Source: a virus (Duplodnaviria > Caudoviricetes). Taken from it: a stretch of 44,764 nt of DNA. Positions 18,088 to 27,077 of the stretch are shown piece by piece (the stretch's first letter is position 1; each line of letters opens with the position of its first letter). The notes below the pieces were generated by a model. That model made no database searches and was not told the origin of the DNA. It saw only the letters and a program-made list of their open reading frames with translations. A program made the translations under genes and the position numbers. The stretch is from positions 1-44,764 of the IMG/VR virus record IMGVR_UViG_3300025267_000026. One strand, given 5' to 3'.

Positions 18088-21000
18088 ATGTCTGTTGATT
18101 TATCAAAACTTCTAGCTCTTGAAACAGCTTTAGAGTACATGAGTAAAGCTACTCTTGGGGAGAAACTTGAATATTTAAAACCGGGAGAAAAGGCTCCTGG
18201 TGATACCAAGATTCATACTACTCCTCGTGGAGCTAAAGGATATTACCCTTCTGAGGTTTCTCGTAAAAAGGAGGCTGAACCATCTGCTAAGTTAGCACCG
18301 GATGAAGAAAAAGAAATCGAAGTAGTGCAGGCTCCTGAAATTAAGACTGAATCAGCGTCTGAATATCCTAAAAGCGTATTTGACTCTACTACAGAGCAGT
18401 ATCTTAATATAGTAGTTCCTGAGGATTCTAAGGTATATGGTATAGAAGCTGGGATACATCGGTTATCACAGCCACACGGTGCTCCTGTACGTGGTACACC
18501 TATATCACTCGACGATTCTAGGATCCCCGATACTGTTTACCATATGACTACCAATGCTCCAGCAGTAAGAGAATCTAAAAAATTGATTGCTGGTGGTGTT
18601 GGAGGGTTAGGGGGTGATGATAGAGATAAGATTGTTTCTTTAACTATTAATAAAGAGATTGCACATCAATTAGCGGACGATACTAAACTTGCTTCTGAGA
18701 TTAGTCGGATGGGGGGTGGAAAATATAAGTCTTCAGAACGTATAGAGGAATCAAGAGCAATAATTAAACGTTTGATTCAAGAGATGGAGAAAGAAGGGTG
18801 GGATAGTCCTAGATTCCGTGAGTATGATGACAATCATTTTGAATATATGCATGAGAGCTATAATCCTAAAGAATGGCTCTCTCAGTATTTTTCTGTTAGG
18901 GCTAGGGCTACTTCAAATTTAGGGAAAGAAAAACGTAATCCGTTATTTTTTACTGATTCAGAAGTTCTAGCTAAGGTAAATCCTGAAAATATAGATGTAA
19001 TTGAGATTCCTAAATCAGCCCTTCGTACTGGAGCAATGCTTACTGATTTGGATCTAGATAATCCATATGGCTTACAAGAAATAAGAATATATGGTGATAT
19101 TCCCATAGAAGCTACAATCGACCCTAAACGGTCTACTGATAAAGCTTCGTCATATAAAATGCCCAAATACGATATGAGTTGGGAAGCTCTCGTTGAAGCC
19201 GAGTTTAAAAATAAGGAACTTAATTTTATTCCTATTACTGATAAGATGCGTACTACAGGATATATTTCTAATCTAATTGAGGACACCGATAATGTAGTTC
19301 TTCGTATCGGTAATAGTATATATTTTGGGGAATCTGAAGACGATGTAAAGGATAAAGTACTTAAAGAATATACTGAAGGTAAGTATGGTTCTTCCTATCA
19401 TCCACCTAGATTAACTCCTAAACCAGAGTGGGCTACGGATGAGAATAACCCATTCCCTGACATTCCATCTGACATTAAAGAAATTCATTATGATGATATA
19501 CCTGAATTTTATAAAAAGCATAAATACGGGGATGCTTTACAACAGTTTAGTTCTTTGAAAGGAATTTCTAGAAAAATATCTAAGGTGGCTGGAATGCATT
19601 CTGAGCCATTTTATGAGGCTCTTGAGTGTGTTGATGGAGATCTTGATTATGAACATACTGCGGATGTTTTTTCACAAGAGTTAGAGGAGAGTGTTACCGA
19701 AAAACAGGCTAAATTAGCTCTGAATAGATTAAGGGATATGACTCAGAAATCCTTAAAGCATCGAGGATTGCCTGAAAAGTTTTATGTCTTTCGTGGTGGG
19801 AAGATTCATAATGAAGATCGTCCTATGCCAACATCTTTGAGTGCTGCCACGGCTGCGGAAAGCTATTTCTCTCAAAAAGGTGGGGAGCCATATGTAGCGA
19901 TGTATGAAGTGAATAGAAATGATGTTTTATTAGATATGAACTCTATGAAATCGGAAGCGCAAGGGGAAGAAGAACTTATCATTCTAGGTCGAAACTTAAA
20001 GAACCCACGTATGATTCGACTTTCTAATCAAATGGTTACGAATCCAGAGTTTCATAAATCTAAGTCTAATAATCTATTAAAACTTTTAGCTCTTGAAACA
20101 GCTATCGAGGTTCTTCTTAAAGTTAATCCTAATGAAGAACTTGAATATATTGATAGTGAGAGTGAATTACCTGAAGACACTAGGTTAGTGCGCACTCGAC
20201 GGGGGGCAATAGGCTATTACCCCTCAGAAAAGGGCCAACAACCTACATCTGATCAGATGCGTGACGATGTACGAGGTGAGCAGGACGTTCCCATAGACCG
20301 TCCTGAATTAGAACCTGATGACGAGTGGGAAATTTCGGCAGTAACAGCTCCTGCCTCCCCAGAATCCACGTCAGATGAAGTCGTAGACCACACAGACCGA
20401 TTACCTAATACTGATGAGTTTGATTGGTTTTCTGAACATTCAGAAATGAAATCACCGCATCAGATTAATAGTTATTTTGAGGAAGTTTCTTTATCTTTAG
20501 ATTCTCATCTGCAACAAACAAAGGGTTCTGATTTTAAGTCATTTTTAGGTAAAGGTATTAATCCAGCTCGTTTGAGTATTGATAATGCTACGAAGGCTGG
20601 GTATACAAATGGAAGTATAGAAGGGACTGGAATGCCTCCGGGGTTAGGCATTAATTCACTGTCTAACTGGACGATGACTATTGATGATAAACCTTTTATT
20701 TATAAATTAGTTTACGGTGAGAATCAGGCTGAGATATTCTCATATTCAATCGACAGAGCATTAGGATTAAATATTGTTCCATATAACAAACAACATTCTA
20801 TTGATGTCGATGTATTGAAGAGTCTTATAGAACGTACTCATAATGTTGATGACAGTATTAAAGATTTCGACATGGATATACATGCCGATGTAGGTAGAGG
20901 TAATAAAGCTGGAGGGCATTTTCAAGAATTTTGTACTAACTGTTTAGAACGTGAAGACCATAGGCAAGCAATAGGAAAAATGTTGTCTTCTGAAGAGGGT

Positions 21001-21618
21001 AGGGAAGAATTTTTTAAGATAATACTCTTAGACTTTATTACAGGCAATGATGATCGACATTCAGGTAATTATTTAATTACGGACGAACATAAAATAGTTG
21101 CTATTGATAATGGATTCGCTGGCTATGGCCGTGCTCATCAGGCTCATCAAGAGATGAAATCCGTGAATCTTTTAGAGCACGACAACTTATGGATAAGACG
21201 ATTAGAGATGGTTTTTCCATTTGGGGTAGCTGGTGTATTACGCAATGAAGTTGGCTATGAACGTGTAAGTGAGATAGCGGATCCACAAGCACTAGAACGC
21301 GAAGCTGAAGCAGTGTTTGACAAATATTTTACTCCTGCTAATAAAAACATATTAAATAAAGCATTACGTATGTCTAAATGGCAGATAAAGGTAGGCGAAG
21401 GTAGAGTATCTGATTTTGCTAAGTTGAAAAATCAATTTGTTTCCCATGCGGCGTCGAATTTACAAAGAGGAATAATTGGATACGGAACAGCAATGGATTC
21501 CATTCCTGAGGAATCGGAACCAATGGGACAGACAACGGCTGAAAAGGTTTTCTTTTCTATCGACGAAAACGCACTTGAAGAAGCTGGTTTAGAAGACGTT
21601 AGTTTAGGGAATAGATAA
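18088..21618 (+). CDS. Modular polyprotein: leader module, two ADP-ribosyltransferase-like domains, second leader module, HipA/PI3-4-kinase-like domain
   Basis: ART1 VYHMT..VSLT..QEIRIYGDIP. ART2 VFRG..PTSLS..GEEELII. Kinase GLGIN..IYKL..E..GHFQEF..DFITGNDDRHSGNYL..AIDNG. Leader at 18106-18255 and 20080-20229. Confidence 0.75.
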   Translation: MSVDLSKLLALETALEYMSKATLGEKLEYLKPGEKAPGDTKIHTTPRGAKGYYPSEVSRKKEAEPSAKLAPDEEKEIEVVQAPEIKTESASEYPKSVFDSTTEQYLNIVVPEDSKVYGIEAGIHRLSQPHGAPVRGTPISLDDSRIPDTVYHMTTNAPAVRESKKLIAGGVGGLGGDDRDKIVSLTINKEIAHQLADDTKLASEISRMGGGKYKSSERIEESRAIIKRLIQEMEKEGWDSPRFREYDDNHFEYMHESYNPKEWLSQYFSVRARATSNLGKEKRNPLFFTDSEVLAKVNPENIDVIEIPKSALRTGAMLTDLDLDNPYGLQEIRIYGDIPIEATIDPKRSTDKASSYKMPKYDMSWEALVEAEFKNKELNFIPITDKMRTTGYISNLIEDTDNVVLRIGNSIYFGESEDDVKDKVLKEYTEGKYGSSYHPPRLTPKPEWATDENNPFPDIPSDIKEIHYDDIPEFYKKHKYGDALQQFSSLKGISRKISKVAGMHSEPFYEALECVDGDLDYEHTADVFSQELEESVTEKQAKLALNRLRDMTQKSLKHRGLPEKFYVFRGGKIHNEDRPMPTSLSAATAAESYFSQKGGEPYVAMYEVNRNDVLLDMNSMKSEAQGEEELIILGRNLKNPRMIRLSNQMVTNPEFHKSKSNNLLKLLALETAIEVLLKVNPNEELEYIDSESELPEDTRLVRTRRGAIGYYPSEKGQQPTSDQMRDDVRGEQDVPIDRPELEPDDEWEISAVTAPASPESTSDEVVDHTDRLPNTDEFDWFSEHSEMKSPHQINSYFEEVSLSLDSHLQQTKGSDFKSFLGKGINPARLSIDNATKAGYTNGSIEGTGMPPGLGINSLSNWTMTIDDKPFIYKLVYGENQAEIFSYSIDRALGLNIVPYNKQHSIDVDVLKSLIERTHNVDDSIKDFDMDIHADVGRGNKAGGHFQEFCTNCLEREDHRQAIGKMLSSEEGREEFFKIILLDFITGNDDRHSGNYLITDEHKIVAIDNGFAGYGRAHQAHQEMKSVNLLEHDNLWIRRLEMVFPFGVAGVLRNEVGYERVSEIADPQALEREAEAVFDKYFTPANKNILNKALRMSKWQIKVGEGRVSDFAKLKNQFVSHAASNLQRGIIGYGTAMDSIPEESEPMGQTTAEKVFFSIDENALEEAGLEDVSLGNR
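18106..18255 (+). repeat. Shared leader module, copy 1
   Basis: KLLALETALEYMSKATLGEKLEYLKPGEKAPGDTKIHTTPRGAKGYYPSE. Confidence 0.9.
20080..20229 (+). repeat. Shared leader module, copy 2
   Basis: KLLALETAIEVLLKVNPNEELEYIDSESELPEDTRLVRTRRGAIGYYPSE. Confidence 0.95.
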
Positions 21619-23594
21619 TGCCTGCTGTTTTAATTTACAATCAAAAGAATTTAGAGTACGTTGTTTTATCTAATCGACGAATCTTTGGTACTAATAAAGA
21701 TTTAGTTGAGCCTATTACTGCTGCTGAGCGGCATCCTCTTTGGACACGACCTGAACTTCGTAAGAGTCTTCAACGAGAAGGAGAACGTTTCTTTAAGACG
21801 CATGAAGAGAAATTAGGCACTTCTTTGAATATGAATACTGATGGCGATAAGATGTCGCCTGGATTCTTCCTATATCTCACATTTTGTCGCTTTCAGAATC
21901 AACAATATCAAGCATCGATCATACCTCTTTCTGATTTGCCTAGTGTAGTAGGTAAGAAATTACAAAAGAGTGATGATAATTTAGCTAAATTATTAGCTTT
22001 AGAGACTGCTATAGAATATTTAATTAAAGCTAATCCCCAGGAACAACTTGAATATATAGATAGTGAAAGCGAGCTACCTAAAGATACTCGATTAGTGCGT
22101 ACTAAGCGAGGAGCGATTGGGTATTTCCCTTCAGAGATTGGTCAACATCAACCAGGTCGTATAGAAGAAGACATAGGTGGTAAACCAGAACCTGATGCAG
22201 AACGTGAAATTAGCGGTATTCAGGCTCCTGAGTTAGATGACGACGATGATGATGAAGATGAAGGGCAAGGTATTATTGGTGATAAGATTGATGCCAAGTC
22301 TTTTATCAAAAAGATGGAAGATAGTCAGTATCGATCTTTAGCGGATTTACTTAACGAATTACCTAGAATTTCTGTTGATGAGAAGAAAGAATTAGTTAGA
22401 CAAGCTGCGTTAGAAGGTAAGGGTCCACAAACTGATGCTGTTCCTATTAAGCCTAATATTGCAGTTGTTAATGATGAAGGTCGAGTAGTTCAAATATCTA
22501 CTGCTGATGGACAATTACAAGCGGTACAAGAGTTTGACCCAGAGAAACCAGAACGTGGGGGGAAACGACACCTATTCTTCAGTACTAATGCTAACGATAA
22601 GATTCAAGTAGCTTGGCTTGATGGACTAGGCCGACCACATGCTGGATATAGTGCTAAATATACCAAGAGCCAAGCTATTAAGAAATTTGATAAGATTAAG
22701 CAATTAGCTAAGGTTATTTCGAAGATTGAGAAACAGTGTAAAACTGACATTACTAGTAATTCTAAAAATAAAGAGGCAGCTTTAGCTATAGCTTTAGTCC
22801 ATAATACGTATCGTCGTATTGGTAGTGGTAGTTCTAAAGTTACATGGGACGGTGAGGAAGGACGACCTGGCCCTAAGAAAGATAAAGAAGGTGCATTTAT
22901 TAGAGACTATGTTGATACTTTTGGTGTAACTAGTTTCCAAAATCAACATCTCATAGTTAAGGGCAATAAAGTTCACCTTAATTTCTTAGGTAAATCAGGA
23001 AAATTAAATTATGTGGAAGTTACAGATTCTTTAGTTAAGAAAGAATTAATTGCTCGTAAGAAGGCAGCAGGTAAGGATAAAACCGCTGTTATTATAAATA
23101 TTAATCCTCCGGCTGTTAACGCATATTTAAAGCAAGCATCAGGCGGAGACTTTAGTGTAAAGAATTTCCGTACTTATCATGCTACTAGATTAGCCGCAGA
23201 TTTGATTGCTAAGACTAAGACTCCAAAGTTGAATAGAGTTAAATTTGATGGCTTTATGAAGCGACGGGTTACTGCAGGTAAAATTAAAGATGCTACGCAG
23301 TGGAAAGAAGAAGCCTTTTTATGGGTCTTAAAAGAGAGAAATAAACTTAAATTAGATGTAATTGGTGAGCCGATTTCCAATAAATTAAGTAATACTAAAG
23401 CTGTTTGTATAGCTCAATATATTGATCCTCAGTTATTTAAGAATTGGGATTTTTCATTTGATGGAGAGGCGGATGGTATGTTACGTTCTCGTCCACCTGC
23501 AGCCAATAAACTCAAAGATGCCGTAAAGAAAGCGGCAGCAGCAGCGAAGAAAGTTAAAAATCCACCCAAAGCTAAAAGAAAGAAAAAAACATAA
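21618..23594 (+). CDS. Type IB DNA topoisomerase (bacterial/poxvirus-like) fused to a ~115 aa N-terminal domain and the leader module
   Basis: Catalytic set intact: RIG (R at 22815), FLGKSG (K at 22992), KNFRT (R at 23169), LSNT (N at 23391), QYIDP (Y at 23418). Also IQVAWLDGLGR..Y and TFGVTS. K/A-rich tail. Confidence 0.9.
   Translation: MPAVLIYNQKNLEYVVLSNRRIFGTNKDLVEPITAAERHPLWTRPELRKSLQREGERFFKTHEEKLGTSLNMNTDGDKMSPGFFLYLTFCRFQNQQYQASIIPLSDLPSVVGKKLQKSDDNLAKLLALETAIEYLIKANPQEQLEYIDSESELPKDTRLVRTKRGAIGYFPSEIGQHQPGRIEEDIGGKPEPDAEREISGIQAPELDDDDDDEDEGQGIIGDKIDAKSFIKKMEDSQYRSLADLLNELPRISVDEKKELVRQAALEGKGPQTDAVPIKPNIAVVNDEGRVVQISTADGQLQAVQEFDPEKPERGGKRHLFFSTNANDKIQVAWLDGLGRPHAGYSAKYTKSQAIKKFDKIKQLAKVISKIEKQCKTDITSNSKNKEAALAIALVHNTYRRIGSGSSKVTWDGEEGRPGPKKDKEGAFIRDYVDTFGVTSFQNQHLIVKGNKVHLNFLGKSGKLNYVEVTDSLVKKELIARKKAAGKDKTAVIININPPAVNAYLKQASGGDFSVKNFRTYHATRLAADLIAKTKTPKLNRVKFDGFMKRRVTAGKIKDATQWKEEAFLWVLKERNKLKLDVIGEPISNKLSNTKAVCIAQYIDPQLFKNWDFSFDGEADGMLRSRPPAANKLKDAVKKAAAAAKKVKNPPKAKRKKKT
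21987..22136 (+). repeat. Shared leader module, copy 3
   Basis: KLLALETAIEYLIKANPQEQLEYIDSESELPKDTRLVRTKRGAIGYFPSE. Confidence 0.95.
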
Positions 23595-23731
23595 TGGCTC
23601 CTACAAGTTGGAAAAAGTGTCAGAAATGTGGACGTAAGCAGTCGAAACGACATCTGCCTGTATTGTGTGGAGCATGTGACGCCAATAAGCGTAGAAAGGA
23701 ACGACGGGCAGCTAGAAAAGTATTGACATAG
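23594..23731 (+). CDS. Small basic zinc-finger protein (45 aa, not in ORF track)
   Basis: TAATG-coupled to the topoisomerase gene. MAPTSWKKCQKCGRKQSKRHLPVLCGACDANKRRKERRAARKVLT. Confidence 0.65.
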   Translation: MAPTSWKKCQKCGRKQSKRHLPVLCGACDANKRRKERRAARKVLT

Positions 23732-23752
23732 GCTCGGTATTTTTAGTATACT
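23723..23752 (+). promoter_or_regulatory. Sigma70-type promoter
   Basis: TTGACA-N18-TATACT, followed by GAGG and ATG at 23770. Confidence 0.65.
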
Positions 23753-23769
23753 ATAAAGTAGAGGTTAGG

Positions 23770-23982
23770 ATGACACAAAATAATAAAGCGTTACAGGATG
23801 TCTTTGAAACCACCCATTATTCGCAAGAACTAGTCGATACTAGTGCTGAGGAAGATGAGGTTGATCCTGACGATGATGAAGATTATGAGCCGGAACTCAC
23901 TCTTGGACAACAACTAGGAATGATGACAGATGAAGAGTTTGAGGAATTTCTAGATACACGTCGTGACGGTAAAAATATATGA
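23770..23982 (+). CDS. Small highly acidic protein (70 aa)
   Basis: EEDEVDPDDDEDYEPE..DEEFEEFLD. Has an RBS and promoter, and is ATGA-coupled to thyX. Confidence 0.7.
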   Translation: MTQNNKALQDVFETTHYSQELVDTSAEEDEVDPDDDEDYEPELTLGQQLGMMTDEEFEEFLDTRRDGKNI

Positions 23983-25904
23983 TTGTAGAACCACAAGTTT
24001 TTTTAATTGGTGAGTCGGTAGTTAATAAGGAAGGTCTTAGTGCCTTCCTTACTCATTTAGGCGTACCAGAGTGGGAATCTAATGCCCCTACGGATATAGA
24101 GCTTCTAACTGAGGTTTATGGTAGGGCATGTTATAAGTCATTTGGCACGGAGTTGAATCCTAATCTTACTCGTGTTCGTGGCTCTAATGAAGCTTATATT
24201 TCTAATGTTATAGAAAAAGGCGATGGCTCGGTATTAGAGCATGGTGTCGCCAATTTCTTCTTCTGTGATGTTAGTAGAACATTCACCCATGAGTTAGTCC
24301 GGCATCGCGTCGGCACTGCGATATGTTTAACCGGTGATACGTTAATTTCATCGGAACACTATGCTAATGGTGCATTAAATAGAGTGCCGAAACGTAGATT
24401 AGATTATTTGTATGGTTTAACTAAAACACCACAGGGACGTTCTAGAATTCCTTTATTGAGGTTGAGAGTTTTAGATGAGGGTTCAGGAAAATTTACATCT
24501 ACTCGTCATGGGGTAAAATCAATTGTCTATACGGGAAAACATCCTGTTTTTGAAGTTACCTTAGAGAACGGATACAAATGTAAGATGACTAAAAACCATA
24601 AAGTTTTAACATCGACGGGATGGAAAACGTTAGAGAATGCTGTTCAATTTTTAGAGGTTTGGCCGTCAGGTAAGGCGTATTATGGATTAAATCCGGTTTT
24701 TATTGCTACCAATGGTTATCGTATTTCGGAGACAGCTATTCTCAATTCTACAGGTATTCCATTGTATAGAGATAAAGATTGGTTAGAGGGTCAAATTAAA
24801 GAGGGAACTTCTTTTGAGGAGATAGCGATTAAGGCGGGAGTATCCGTTAATACAATTAAAACATGGAAAACCAAACATGGCTTGGGAGGTATTCGTAGAG
24901 CAAATTCTTCTCTTTGGGCGAAGCCCGGTAATAAAGGTAAATCTTATAAATTACGACCAAAAACTGAATCTGAAAAGCATGCTATTTCAGTTAGAATGAC
25001 TGGCTCTAATAATCATAGATGGAAAGGTTTAGGTGGCCGTAAAAATAGATTATTACCTTATGCTCTACGTAAAGAAATTTTAACTAGAGATAATTTTAAA
25101 TGTGTTCTTTGTGATAATAGTAGATGGGAATGGAACGGTAGAAAAATTAGATTAGAAATACACCATATTGATCCCTGGGAACTGGATAAGCCTACTAATC
25201 TAGAGCCAACCAATTTAATTGTGTTGTGTAAACTATGTCATACAGAAGTTACTAATAAAGAACAACAGTTTGCGGATTTATTTTTTTCCCATACTACTAA
25301 TAATAGTTTTACGAAAGCCATTACTATTCCACCCCGCAATTACGGTGGAGTTAAACCTAAATATACTAAAATTATTGGCATTACATATCGTGGAATAGAG
25401 GATACTTACGACATTATTATGAATGACCCCCATCACAATTTTGTGGCTAATGGTTTGGTTGTTCATAATAGTCAGGAATCACTTAGGTTTGTTCGGTTAA
25501 CGGATTTAAATTTTTATGCACCATTATGTATACAAGAAAATGATGAAGCTATGACTCTCTTTACCAAAACATTTGAAGAACTATCTTCTTTGCAGAAAGA
25601 AATGGCAGAACTTTTTGATGTAGACCGCCTGGATTCTTTTCACAAGAAAAAAGAAATTACATCGGCGATGCGACGACTAGCTCCTATCGGTTTAGCGACG
25701 AATATCGGTTGGAGTTGTAATATGCGTACTTTACGTCATGTTATTGAGATGCGGACTGATCCAGGGGCTGAAGAAGAAATTCGTCTTGTTTTCGCTAAAG
25801 TAGCTGATATTGCGATTGCACGCTGGCCGAATTTATTTGCTGATTATTCGGTAGAGATTATCGATGATTTCCCCTCCTTTAAAACCATGAATAAAAAAGT
25901 GTAA
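23979..25904 (+). CDS. thyX: Flavin-dependent thymidylate synthase with intein
   Basis: GRACYKS, SVLEH, VSRTFTHELVRHR..|SQESLRFV, NMRTLRHVIEMR..AEEEIR. Confidence 0.93.
   Translation: MIVEPQVFLIGESVVNKEGLSAFLTHLGVPEWESNAPTDIELLTEVYGRACYKSFGTELNPNLTRVRGSNEAYISNVIEKGDGSVLEHGVANFFFCDVSRTFTHELVRHRVGTAICLTGDTLISSEHYANGALNRVPKRRLDYLYGLTKTPQGRSRIPLLRLRVLDEGSGKFTSTRHGVKSIVYTGKHPVFEVTLENGYKCKMTKNHKVLTSTGWKTLENAVQFLEVWPSGKAYYGLNPVFIATNGYRISETAILNSTGIPLYRDKDWLEGQIKEGTSFEEIAIKAGVSVNTIKTWKTKHGLGGIRRANSSLWAKPGNKGKSYKLRPKTESEKHAISVRMTGSNNHRWKGLGGRKNRLLPYALRKEILTRDNFKCVLCDNSRWEWNGRKIRLEIHHIDPWELDKPTNLEPTNLIVLCKLCHTEVTNKEQQFADLFFSHTTNNSFTKAITIPPRNYGGVKPKYTKIIGITYRGIEDTYDIIMNDPHHNFVANGLVVHNSQESLRFVRLTDLNFYAPLCIQENDEAMTLFTKTFEELSSLQKEMAELFDVDRLDSFHKKKEITSAMRRLAPIGLATNIGWSCNMRTLRHVIEMRTDPGAEEEIRLVFAKVADIAIARWPNLFADYSVEIIDDFPSFKTMNKKV
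24324..25469 (+). mobile_element. Intein (382 aa) with HTH and HNH endonuclease
   Basis: Starts CLTGDT, block B TKNH, ends NFVANGLVVHN|S. Internal RDNFKCVLC..LEIHHIDP..NLIVLCKLCH. Confidence 0.92.
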
Positions 25905-25927
25905 GTATGTTATAGTACTGGTGTATT

Positions 25928-26254
25928 TTGGTGGGAATTGGGGGGTCTGTGCCACGTAATATTAAAGAAGTTGAACTTACGCTTACGGATATAGAAAATA
26001 TTCTTTGTCATATATTGGAGACCATATCCGTATATGAATATCCAACCCCTTCTATATTTTCGGCGTTAACACGATTGAGCATTGTTTCATATCTTAGGGG
26101 TCGTGGTGTCCAAAAGGATATTGAGGTCATTGCTATCGATGTTTTTAGGCAGCTAAGTGAAGTAGCACAATCATTTTCTAAATATATGTGGTTCACTGAT
26201 TGGTCACGAAAATTAGTTGAAACGGTAAAAGAGAAGAAGGTCGAGGCCGAATGA
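25928..26254 (+). CDS. Hypothetical protein (108 aa)
   Basis: ORF preceded by an extended -10-like TGtTATAGT (25908-25916) and ATGA-coupled to the next gene. Start uncertain. Confidence 0.6.
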   Translation: MVGIGGSVPRNIKEVELTLTDIENILCHILETISVYEYPTPSIFSALTRLSIVSYLRGRGVQKDIEVIAIDVFRQLSEVAQSFSKYMWFTDWSRKLVETVKEKKVEAE

Positions 26255-26676
26255 TTTTTTGTAATATCACAGATTGTAAGAATTGGGTTCCATTACAAGA
26301 AGTAAAGCATATGGACCATAAACCTGGATTCACGCCGTTTGGGAAGACCGGTGAATATTACGGGCGATGTGCGTTTAAAGCTATTAAAATGGAATCTACT
26401 ACAGCCCATAGTCAGCATACTAAACAAGTTTTAGCGGTCTGCGGTAGTTATAATTCAGACGAACCTACTGAATTTCAGTGTTTAGAAGAGCGGTGTCAGG
26501 CTTTTGTAGACCCTACAATGTGTGACAAGATTAAATATGATGAGAATTTATACGTAGGCTGGACAGTAGTGTTTGATGGTTTTGAAAAAAGGGAGGTTCC
26601 CCGGTGTAAATCCTTTGCTCATCGTAGACGGGAAAATGCATTTAATTGGGGAAATGCAGCGCAAGGGATATTTTAA
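26251..26676 (+). CDS. Cys-rich protein with two tandem C-x4-C...C...C-x-S-(Y/F) units (DUF1540-like)
   Basis: CNITDC..GRCAF..VCGSY and CLEERC..MCDKI..RCKSF. Confidence 0.6.
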   Translation: MIFCNITDCKNWVPLQEVKHMDHKPGFTPFGKTGEYYGRCAFKAIKMESTTAHSQHTKQVLAVCGSYNSDEPTEFQCLEERCQAFVDPTMCDKIKYDENLYVGWTVVFDGFEKREVPRCKSFAHRRRENAFNWGNAAQGIF

Positions 26677-26691
26677 AATTCAATATTTAAA

Positions 26692-26721
26692 TTTACATAA
26701 ATACTTTAAATTTGTTATAAT
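26692..26721 (+). promoter_or_regulatory. Sigma70-type promoter with perfect extended -10
   Basis: TTTACA-N18-TATAAT with TGn, then GGAG and ATG at 26733. Confidence 0.6.
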
Positions 26722-26732
26722 GGAGATAGAGA

Positions 26733-27077
26733 ATGGCTAAATACCCTGACTATGGCGATGATGATTTTTCGTTAATGGTAGATCCATTTACGGGAAGAGT
26801 TGCATTAGTATGCCCCGCACCTATAATTGCATTCGATGACATTCGTGAATTTCACGAGTGGGTTAATGGATTATTAGAGGCTATTCCACATATTACTCGT
26901 TCTTTGCAGAGTAATATGACTAATGAGCCTCCTATCAATAAAGACTATGCTGCAACGGTGATAGATATATGGCAGGAACAAATAATGGCGAATATAGAGG
27001 CGGCCCCAACGAAGACTGGACGGAAAAAATCCGTGAAGAAGCAAAAAAGCTCTATGAACGAGGATCAGAACTCTTAG
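26733..27077 (+). CDS. Hypothetical protein (114 aa)
   Basis: RBS GGAG. Overlaps the terminase small subunit gene. Confidence 0.65.
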   Translation: MAKYPDYGDDDFSLMVDPFTGRVALVCPAPIIAFDDIREFHEWVNGLLEAIPHITRSLQSNMTNEPPINKDYAATVIDIWQEQIMANIEAAPTKTGRKKSVKKQKSSMNEDQNS

